DNA from: Bdellovibrionota bacterium | Lineage (GTDB): Bacteria; Bdellovibrionota; Bdellovibrionia; Bdellovibrionales; JAEYZS01 | DNA: 64,000 nucleotides | Assembly: GCA_040386775.1 (NCBI GenBank) | Contig: JAZKEU010000017.1 | Coordinates: 85,464 to 149,463 of the forward strand | Reading direction: 5' to 3' | Shown here: positions 24,189 through 31,680 of the stretch, in pieces | Numbering within the stretch: the first letter of the stretch is position 1 | How the letters are laid out: every line of letters starts with the position of its first letter | Notes under the pieces: generated by a model | What the model was told of the DNA's origin: nothing | Databases searched by the model: none | The model's input: only the letters and a program-made list of their open reading frames with translations | Position numbers and translations under genes: made by a program

Positions 24189-26033
24189 TTGGAAAAATAC
24201 ATCGCATTGAACGCCCTTAATACCTTCAAAGAAAAAGCTTTAGAAAACTGGAAGCTTGTGATTCTTGTTTTGGTAGGCGCTATTTTTGCTAATCTTTATT
24301 ACGTAAAAGAAAATATCATCAGCAATCAAATTTTTAGTGGGATCTATCCCAGTCAAGCCCCAGTCTTTAGAACCTACAAGACTACGGGAAATACTTTTTA
24401 TCAGAAAAAGGATTCAAGAAAATGGTTGTTCTTAAGTGGAGAAGAAATACTTTCGAATGGAAGTGAAATTCAAACAGACGCTGATTCCCATGCGATTCTT
24501 TCTTTTGTGGGGCAAAGCGGAAGAGTAGAGCTTTCTGAAAAAACTCATGTTGGAGTAATTAAAAACGGAAACGACACCACTATTGATTTTAAAAAAGGCG
24601 AGATTTACATCAATTATCAAGCAGGAAGTGCTCAGAAACCTCTTTTTGTTAAAATTGATCAAAAAGTTTTTAAAATGACGAATTCCGATCTCTATATTTC
24701 TGGCGATCTTGAAGATCAGGTACAAGTTTCGGTAGAATATGGGAAGACTACGATGGCTCTTGGTCAGCAAGTGAGCACTCTTGAGAAAGGGCAGTCGGTT
24801 TTCTTTAGGAGTGACAGAGACTACACAGTTGAAGATTCAAAATTTAAAATTAAAAACCCTTTCAATTATGATCGATACAACCTTGAAAAAAATGAATACA
24901 GAGTTCGTTTTGCTTTTGAGCCTTTTTCAGAAAACTACCAAGTTCAACTCATGGTGGGGTCTTCTCTTGAAACTATGACTCCGCACTTTGCTCAACCGCA
25001 GACTTTTCCGCCGAATCTTCCTGAAGTAGAATTTGGAATTCCTTTTAAAAAAGGATCTTACTATTGGCAACTGGTGGCATTCGAAGGAGCTAAGCCTATT
25101 TTTTTGTCTCATGTAAAAAGATTTTTTGTAGAACCTCAGTCTGCGATTCAATTGGTAAAACCTCTGGTCAATTCAAAGTTCCAATTGATAGATGGTAAAG
25201 CAGATGTACAGTTTCAGTGGGATAATCCTTCTCAATTGGAAAAAGCCTTCATAGAAATTTCAGATCGCAGAGATTTTTCGAAAACTCTCGTTCATGAATC
25301 CATTCCAGAGAATAACTATTTCAATCAAGAATTTAGAGAAGTTGGAGATTATTATTGGAGGGTGAGTGGTTTTCCATTTGGCACTTCAGATCTTGTCGCG
25401 AGTGCAGTAGGCAAGTTGAGTATAGTCAATGATGTTGTTCCTCAGCAGGTGAGAGTGATTTTTCCAAAGGGTAAGACAGTTCTTACAACATTATCACTAA
25501 AAAATTCGGACATTACTTTTCAGTGGACTAAAAATTCGGCGACCTCAGTTTATCAGGTGGAAATTAAATCTCTGAAAGACAATAAAATATTCGAATTTAC
25601 AACCGAAGATACACAAATCAAGGTCAAGGATCTTAACCCAGGAAAATACAGTTGGAAGGTCTCTGATAAAAAATCGAATTTGGTTTCCACAACGGAAGAA
25701 TTCAGTGTGGTCCATACGAAAAGGCTGAACTTTTTGTCGAATCTCTCTAAAGGTTCTGAGGAGTTTGGATTTTTAAGCTGGCAGCAAGGACCCAAGGGGA
25801 CTGTTCAGTACCGGGTGGAAGTGCTAAGGATTGGCTCGAGGTCAGATTTCAATGCTTTCTTTGATGAAAAGAGCAGCACCAAGAGAAGTCTCGAAATCAA
25901 AGGAGATAGAATCAGTTACAAGAATTTTTCAGATGGAATTTATGCATTTAAAGTTTATGCGTTAGATTCAGAGAAAAATATTTTAGCAGATTCTAATTTA
26001 AAATTTTTAAAAGTTGGAAATCCTAAAAAGTAA
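24189..26033 (+). CDS. Membrane-anchored hypothetical protein with a FecR-like domain and repeated beta-sandwich-like modules
   Basis: TTG start per the track. One N-terminal TM. The DADSHAILSFVGQSGRVELSEKTHV segment is FecR-like. At least three modules of about 90 aa share the pattern F(Q)W ... Y ... EI ... G-x-Y-x-W-x-VS. Confidence 0.55.
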   Translation: MEKYIALNALNTFKEKALENWKLVILVLVGAIFANLYYVKENIISNQIFSGIYPSQAPVFRTYKTTGNTFYQKKDSRKWLFLSGEEILSNGSEIQTDADSHAILSFVGQSGRVELSEKTHVGVIKNGNDTTIDFKKGEIYINYQAGSAQKPLFVKIDQKVFKMTNSDLYISGDLEDQVQVSVEYGKTTMALGQQVSTLEKGQSVFFRSDRDYTVEDSKFKIKNPFNYDRYNLEKNEYRVRFAFEPFSENYQVQLMVGSSLETMTPHFAQPQTFPPNLPEVEFGIPFKKGSYYWQLVAFEGAKPIFLSHVKRFFVEPQSAIQLVKPLVNSKFQLIDGKADVQFQWDNPSQLEKAFIEISDRRDFSKTLVHESIPENNYFNQEFREVGDYYWRVSGFPFGTSDLVASAVGKLSIVNDVVPQQVRVIFPKGKTVLTTLSLKNSDITFQWTKNSATSVYQVEIKSLKDNKIFEFTTEDTQIKVKDLNPGKYSWKVSDKKSNLVSTTEEFSVVHTKRLNFLSNLSKGSEEFGFLSWQQGPKGTVQYRVEVLRIGSRSDFNAFFDEKSSTKRSLEIKGDRISYKNFSDGIYAFKVYALDSEKNILADSNLKFLKVGNPKK

Positions 26034-26034
26034 A

Positions 26035-27051
26035 TTATTTTTTCTTTCGCAATTCATCGGCAAGTCTTGCCACTTCTTCTTCGGTTGTTGAGAGTTCATC
26101 GGTTTTTGAGAGATCAAACCGTAAGCTGTAATCCTTTTGAGATACTTTGCGAATGTTTCCCTCAATGGCGCCGAGTCTTTGTTGAAATTTTAGATACAAT
26201 ATGTGAAGTGCTAATAAAATTATGATCGAGATAGCAAAGAAATTAAAAACTCCAATTTCTATAAAGGTATATAGAAATGCATTAGCACGAGGTTTAGTAA
26301 AGCCTAGCATGTAAAGGTTCTTTAGAACTTTATAGTTAAAAACATTTCTATTATCAAATTGGCTTAGAGACACTTCAGCAACACCGGAGGATTTTGATTC
26401 GTTTTGCAGTGTTCTTAAGAAAGAAGATTCATCGACAAGTTTTTCTTGAATTAAGAAATTTCCTTTTGTATCCATCAAGCTCAGCTGGCACTTTTCATCC
26501 GAATGGAGAGTGGAAACAAATTGATCAGTAAAGAGCGTGATTCTAATCAAGTGTTTTGAGGTAAAGCTTGTGATGTTATTGGGAATATCGAGCACTAGAA
26601 CAGGCATGTCTGAAATTTTACTTTCTTGTAGGGTGATCTGCTCAGAGTTTGCGCTAGGGGCTATGAGTCCTTGATCGACCTTGATGTATTCGCTCTGTGC
26701 AATTTTATAAATATCGACAACGACATCATTTAATTTAAAATCTTTGAGAACCCATTCTTTTCCATCGTGTTCGTAATAACTGATCGCAAACCACTTGGAA
26801 TCAAAGAAGGTATTTTCACTGTTTTCAATCCAGAGTTTAGAGTTGTTCACATTTTCTAGTAATAGCTGCTTAATCTGATAGGACTTGTCCTTTAAGTGAT
26901 AGATACAGGACTGAGAAACCTCGGTGTTGAGTTTCTCTGGAATGATTGAGGTTCCAACAAAAATAAAACTCGCAAGCATCAAGAGTAGCGTTAGAAAAGC
27001 TACGGCAAAAATTCTGAGAGAATAATAATTTTTTTGGTTAGACATCATCAT
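26035..27051 (-). CDS. Membrane sensor-like protein: extracytoplasmic domain plus HAMP-like segment, no output domain
   Basis: Two TMs flank a domain of about 230 aa. The C-terminus LGAIEGNIRKVSQKDYSLRFDLSKTDELSTTEEEVARLADEL looks like a HAMP helix pair. The protein ends 30 aa later. Confidence 0.5.
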   Translation of the reverse strand: MMMSNQKNYYSLRIFAVAFLTLLLMLASFIFVGTSIIPEKLNTEVSQSCIYHLKDKSYQIKQLLLENVNNSKLWIENSENTFFDSKWFAISYYEHDGKEWVLKDFKLNDVVVDIYKIAQSEYIKVDQGLIAPSANSEQITLQESKISDMPVLVLDIPNNITSFTSKHLIRITLFTDQFVSTLHSDEKCQLSLMDTKGNFLIQEKLVDESSFLRTLQNESKSSGVAEVSLSQFDNRNVFNYKVLKNLYMLGFTKPRANAFLYTFIEIGVFNFFAISIIILLALHILYLKFQQRLGAIEGNIRKVSQKDYSLRFDLSKTDELSTTEEEVARLADELRKKK

Positions 27052-27569
27052 GTCTTATATCGACACGTTAAGAGGGAGAAATTAGGCTAGAAATTTTTGA
27101 GCACAAAAGGATTGGGTGGGAGGGTTTTCCTCTCCGCCCCCAAGCTAGGACTGTTTGATTTTGGTCTTTGTCGTCCCGGGTCTCCACGATCGCGGAAGGG
27201 ACAAGCGATTTACACAGTTCTATAGAGCAAGGTGTGTGCCATAGGTCTAGCGAGATGGTGTGGCAGTATTTTGGATTTGATCGCGGCGAGAAAAATAGGT
27301 CAGTGTCATTGTAACACCTGTCGTATACAACTGTGAATTTTGGTGAATGACTTCATCCGTGAATGTCACCACTATGCTGTTTTTTAATGTGAGAGATAAG
27401 GCGCGCTTATTGTAATTTCTCGAGAGAAAATTTGAATTTTACATCACAAATTATTATTTCATGGATAAATCATTCTTTGTTTGTGAGAGAAAATTTTTTT
27501 ATGAAAATGGTTGGAGGAATTTTTGTGGAACTTGTTTTTTTTGGGAATTTAATTTTTTTAGAAGTGCGG

Positions 27570-27746
27570 AGAAGGAAGGCATCCTGCCTGCTGAGAGCAC
27601 TGCTCTCAGACTCTCGCTTCTGCCGGCCATCGTGGCCGTCAGATATTTATTAAAAAATATTAAAGCTAAGATCGGCTGGCCACGATGGCCAGACGAAACG
27701 GGTTCAAAAGGGCAGTTGCCCTTTTCAGGCAGGATGCCTTTCTTCT
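27570..27746. other. Nested inverted-repeat element predicted to fold as a closed four-helix junction (ncRNA or MITE-like element, unclassified)
   Basis: 21-bp closing helix 27570-27590/27726-27746 with one G-T position. Inner helices are 27591-27598/27602-27609 (8 bp), 27625-27637/27678-27690 (13 bp, perfect, 40-nt AT-rich loop) and 27706-27714/27717-27725. The linkers are 0/15/15/0 nt. Confidence 0.5.
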
Positions 27747-28016
27747 GAATGACGCAGTCTCAGTACGGAAAACTAGGGGGTACCTTTTTTTGGTCACTTT
27801 GCGGTTTTAGCGTGTTTAGAGTTTTGACAGGCTTTTTTTATTGTGATTTCAGATAGTTAGTGGTGGGTTAGATTAAGTGAGTTTTAAAACTTTATATCTT
27901 TAGTCGCGGTGTTTGTTGGTTAGGCAGTTTATAGGTTTTAAAATATCAGTGATTTCAGTAGCTTGTATTTATACCCAAATCTAGGTTTGGGTCTTTTTCT
28001 TGTAATGTATAATAGT

Positions 28017-28646
28017 ATGAGAGCCCTTCCTAAATTAAGGACCCTAGTCCTATCCATTCTAATAGCTTCATCGGTAGCACTTGTAGCGTGTCAGCCTAAG
28101 CTTCAGCCAGAAGAGGATTGTAACTTTGTAATGAGCTCTGACATTCAGCGTGTATCGTGGAAGAACAAACTGCCTGTGAAGCTTTATATCTCACCAGAGG
28201 TGCCTACAGAGCTTAGAGAATCAATTAGAATTGCCGCATCTAAATGGAACCTTGAAATTGGTAAAGAAGCTCTATTAATCTATGAGTCAGATAACATTCC
28301 TTCAACGGTTCAAAAAGACGGTATCAACGTAATCTATTGGGAAGAATCTTGGAGTTCAGGTAAAGCTTCGGAGCAAGCGCGTACCACCATCACTTGGAGA
28401 GGCGATACCATCAATGAAGCGGACATCCTCGTAAATGCAAAAGATCACAAATTCTCAGCGTTTGGAGAGATTGCGCCTGGTAAAATCGATTTCACAAGTT
28501 TGATGGTTCATGAGTTAGGGCATGTTTTAGGTTTACAACACGTATCAGGTGAGCCAAGCGTAATGGCGCCAACGCTCGCAGAAAATACGCCGCGGCTTAC
28601 AATTGAAGAAGTGGACGTTAACTCATTGAAATGTGAATACAATTAG
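28017..28646 (+). CDS. Matrixin-like (M10 family) zinc metalloprotease lipoprotein
   Basis: MVHELGHVLGLQHV is HExxHxxGxxH, followed by the SVM Met-turn. The M at 28017 precedes the lipobox SSVALVAC. The track ORF starts at 27963. Confidence 0.8.
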   Translation: MRALPKLRTLVLSILIASSVALVACQPKLQPEEDCNFVMSSDIQRVSWKNKLPVKLYISPEVPTELRESIRIAASKWNLEIGKEALLIYESDNIPSTVQKDGINVIYWEESWSSGKASEQARTTITWRGDTINEADILVNAKDHKFSAFGEIAPGKIDFTSLMVHELGHVLGLQHVSGEPSVMAPTLAENTPRLTIEEVDVNSLKCEYN

Positions 28647-28780
28647 GAGTCATATCTAAAGCGTAATGTAAGAGTTCCAAAATGGAACTGAGAAGAATGA
28701 AAGAAAATTTATAGAAAAATTATTTTTGCTATTGTGAAAGAATAAAAAAAAGTTAGAATCAATAAATCAGAGAGGTATAA

Positions 28781-29050
28781 ATGTCGATTAAAATAAGCTC
28801 TAAATCTTTAGGAAATGCTCAAGCGAGCAAGAAAAACTTGTTCTCCAAGTTACAGAGCTTAACATTCAGTAACTTTGTACCTTCAACTTTTGCTTCTTCA
28901 AGACTTGAAGAGAGAGAGGGTCATCTAGATTTAGAGTCACAAGAGATCTTATCTCTTCTTAAAGGCAATATTGAAAAATTAGCTGACGCTAGCTCAAGAG
29001 TTGAATTTATGATGGGCGAAATTTCTCACTTAATGAAAAAAGGTATTTGA
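28781..29050 (+). CDS. Small hypothetical protein
   Basis: 89-aa ORF preceded by AGAGAGG. No family recognised. Confidence 0.4.
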   Translation: MSIKISSKSLGNAQASKKNLFSKLQSLTFSNFVPSTFASSRLEEREGHLDLESQEILSLLKGNIEKLADASSRVEFMMGEISHLMKKGI

Positions 29051-29052
29051 TT

Positions 29053-29715
29053 CTATTCTTTTACTTCATTGTTCATATATTCTTCGTCAATCAATGTGAA
29101 TTTTTTTAGCTTATCAGAATATACAAAAACATTTGCGTTATTGATATCAAACCACCAACCATGAATACCTAAGGTTCCTGCTTCTATGCGCTCTCTTACG
29201 AGAGGATAGGTTTTTACGTGTTCAATCTGTTGTAAAACATGGGCTTGAGAAATTTGGTTGTGCTCAGGCAATTCATTATTATCAATATCATGTCTATGAA
29301 AGCGCTGAAGGCTTGCCGCACCATATTTCAGCCAAGATTTCAAGTGTGGGTGAGTGGGTGGAAGATTATCAATTCCATTGCAAATGGCATTGATAGCACC
29401 GCATTCAGCATGACCGCAGATTATAATATTTTTCACATTTAAAGTTTGAATAGCATATTCAAAAGCTGCGATCTCCGATTCATCGCCCATAGAATATCCG
29501 CTACTAGAAGGTGGGATAATGTTTCCCACATTTCGGATCACAAAAAGATCTCCGGGGTTTGTAGAGGCAAAAGCATTAGGTGCGACCCTGCTGTCTGAGC
29601 AGCAAATAAAAAGAGCGTCGGGTTTTTGTTCTAAAGCGAGTTTTGCAAATTTCTCACGGTAACTATCTTGAGTGTTTTTTCTAAACTCGATAATACCGTT
29701 AATTAATTTTTTCAT
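29053..29715 (-). CDS. Beta-class carbonic anhydrase
   Basis: Zinc-ligand motifs CSDSRV and GHAECGA. 220 aa. Confidence 0.9.
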   Translation of the reverse strand: MKKLINGIIEFRKNTQDSYREKFAKLALEQKPDALFICCSDSRVAPNAFASTNPGDLFVIRNVGNIIPPSSSGYSMGDESEIAAFEYAIQTLNVKNIIICGHAECGAINAICNGIDNLPPTHPHLKSWLKYGAASLQRFHRHDIDNNELPEHNQISQAHVLQQIEHVKTYPLVRERIEAGTLGIHGWWFDINNANVFVYSDKLKKFTLIDEEYMNNEVKE

Positions 29716-29748
29716 TTATTTGATTCCCCAAGGATGTCGTAATTTATC

Positions 29749-31269
29749 CTATGCTTTAGGAATTACAACTTTTAATATGCCGTCTCGATAGGTTCTTACG
29801 ACGGCTTTCTCTTTAATCGCTTTTTCAATAGGGAATTCTTCTCTTACGGTCTCGTATCTATTTGTAGACGTTTTAACGCCTTCCTGTACATTGTCGTCTT
29901 TCCACGAGCGGTTACCGGTGACTACGAGTTTGTCTTTTTGCACAATGACATCAAAGTTCTTGGCTTCATGCTGAGGAACTTTCACCGTCACCATGTAGGA
30001 GTCGTCGTTATCTGCAAAGTTCGCATTGATTTTTGACATGGAGTAGAAGGGGTCATTTTCTTTTTCAGAGTATTTGTTGAGTTGCTTAACGTTGTTGGTT
30101 TTTGCGGCTTCGAGTTCTCTGTTGAAAACGGCTCTTTGGTTTCCAAGGGCGTCTTTATAATGCTGCTCATTCTTTGTGTACTTCTCGATATGTTCCGCTT
30201 TTTGGCGATCCATATCTTGCTTGTAAAGAACTTCCTGTTTTGATTTTTGCTGTTGATGATTTTTAAGAGATTCTTGTTTTTTACTCTCATGTTGAGCTTC
30301 GGCTTCAGTCATCTCTACTTTTTGATAGTTTTTTTGCTTTACTTGATGTTTTTCGAATCTTTGATTTTCTTCTGCTAAAGCTTGATCACCTTTTTTGTGT
30401 GTTTCTGCTAATTCTTTTCTGTATTGCTCTTTATCTCTCTTAGATTTTGTAGCGTGCAATTCATTTTGTGCTTGGAGGTCAGATTCATTTTGCTTTTGAT
30501 TTGTCTCTATTTTCTTTTGCCCTTGCTCACGGATTTCTTTGTAGTTTTTAGTGTATTCATTTTGAATCTTTGAAAGGTTCTGGTTGCTTTGGTCTTGCTC
30601 AGCTTTTATAGAAGCTTGGTTTTTTTCTTGAACCATTTGGATTTCTTTTTTAGCTTTTTCCTGCTCTGCTTTCATTCTTCCTTCAAAGAAAGCGTCTTGT
30701 TCGCTGAGCGTTGAACTTTGCTGACCTTGGTTTTTTTGAAGCTGCTCACGGTTGGCGATATTCATCTTTTTGATTTTTTCGCTAGACTCCGATTCAATTC
30801 TTTGAATTTCCATATTGGATCTATTCTGGATATCAGAAACCCGTTTTTCGCTCTGCTGTTGTTCCTTAGAAAGAGTTTCAGAATATGTATTTTTTAAATT
30901 TCTATATTGATCATTGTATCTTTTTGTTTCTTGAGAAATTTGTTTTTGATTTTGATCTTTTATGTAGTTTGTTCTTTTAGCTTCTTCTTCTTGGGTAGAC
31001 TTGATGGCTTCATTTTTTTGGTCTACTGCAGATTTAAGATTTTTTTCTTTTTCTTTGCCTTGAGCAAGGAGATTGACTTCGCGATCTCTATTGGAAGTTC
31101 GGATGTGATTGACGGCCGCTTCACCAGAATCTTTTTCGGTCTCGGCTTTGTTGTCGTAACTTTCGCGTAAATTTTTAATGCGTTCTTCTTCAGATTTTAC
31201 AATCTGTTCGCGCTGTTGAGCATAGCGTTCGGCAAGCTTGGCATTGGAATCATTGTTCACGGAACTCAT
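29749..31269 (-). CDS. Hsp20/alpha-crystallin-domain protein with a roughly 400-aa K/E/Q-rich N-terminal extension
   Basis: The C-terminal 100 aa or so (SYMVTVKVPQHEAKNFDVIVQKDKLVVTGNR ... FPIEKAIKEKAVVRTYRDGILKVVIPKA) fits the ACD fold. The preceding region is low-complexity, charged and coiled-coil-like. Confidence 0.75.
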   Translation of the reverse strand: MSSVNNDSNAKLAERYAQQREQIVKSEEERIKNLRESYDNKAETEKDSGEAAVNHIRTSNRDREVNLLAQGKEKEKNLKSAVDQKNEAIKSTQEEEAKRTNYIKDQNQKQISQETKRYNDQYRNLKNTYSETLSKEQQQSEKRVSDIQNRSNMEIQRIESESSEKIKKMNIANREQLQKNQGQQSSTLSEQDAFFEGRMKAEQEKAKKEIQMVQEKNQASIKAEQDQSNQNLSKIQNEYTKNYKEIREQGQKKIETNQKQNESDLQAQNELHATKSKRDKEQYRKELAETHKKGDQALAEENQRFEKHQVKQKNYQKVEMTEAEAQHESKKQESLKNHQQQKSKQEVLYKQDMDRQKAEHIEKYTKNEQHYKDALGNQRAVFNRELEAAKTNNVKQLNKYSEKENDPFYSMSKINANFADNDDSYMVTVKVPQHEAKNFDVIVQKDKLVVTGNRSWKDDNVQEGVKTSTNRYETVREEFPIEKAIKEKAVVRTYRDGILKVVIPKA

Positions 31270-31296
31270 GCTTAAATTCTAGCATGAGTTTGTCTC

Positions 31297-31608
31297 TTAT
31301 GGAGATGCGATTTTGCGCTGAGCTGGGCTTTGGCTGGGTGTTGATTGACGGGAAGGTTTTTCGCAGTACTTTTTATGATAACTGGAGTCGCCCCAGCACA
31401 TCCAAGTATCACGGTACATAACGATTTCTCCTTGGCCAAGGTCGTAGTATCCTGGGTATTGGAGTGGATCTAAAGAGCTGATCACGATGCGTTCGCTTTT
31501 GGTTTCTTGATTTTGAATTACCAATTCAAAAACACGGTATTCGGCGAATGCTGAATTCACGAATATAAAAGACATTATCGTGATGAATAAAAAGAGGAGT
31601 ATTCTCAT
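31297..31608 (-). CDS. Small hypothetical secreted protein
   Basis: Signal peptide MRILLFLFITIMSFIFVNSAFA. 103 aa. No family recognised. Confidence 0.5.
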   Translation of the reverse strand: MRILLFLFITIMSFIFVNSAFAEYRVFELVIQNQETKSERIVISSLDPLQYPGYYDLGQGEIVMYRDTWMCWGDSSYHKKYCEKPSRQSTPSQSPAQRKIASP

Positions 31609-31680
31609 ACTCCTCTTTTCGGATTATTTTACTTTAGTATTTAGTGTCCGAATCGTAAAAACCAGTAAGGCACTTTTGAT

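Noticed and set aside
27140-27215. SRP (4.5S) RNA, prompted by CUGUUUGAUUUUGGU ... CGCGGAAGGGACAAGCG resembling CUGUUUACCAGGU ... CCGGAAGGAAGCAGC
   Set aside because: The GGAA loop is not closed by the required base pairs, the symmetric and asymmetric loop motifs are absent, and no long 5'/3' pairing could be drawn.
27691-27725. tRNA-like string GGGTTCAAAAGGGC
   Set aside because: There are no flanking acceptor, D or anticodon arms and no T-stem complementarity. It is part of the linker and helix 3 of the nested-repeat element.
27570-27746. Retron msr/msd interpretation of the nested inverted repeats (flanking a1/a2-like repeats plus a long internal stem)
   Set aside because: No reverse-transcriptase ORF lies downstream or anywhere in the window. 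The next gene is a matrixin-like lipoprotein. The resemblance is only topological.
27432-27748. ORF-track ORFs 27432-27653 (73 aa) and 27461-27748 (95 aa) in the long intergenic gap
   Set aside because: The peptide composition is implausible (runs of F, W, C and R, for example FCGTCFFWEFNFF). There is no Shine-Dalgarno sequence. The ORFs are created by reading through the nested inverted repeats, so the DNA is better explained as a structured non-coding element.
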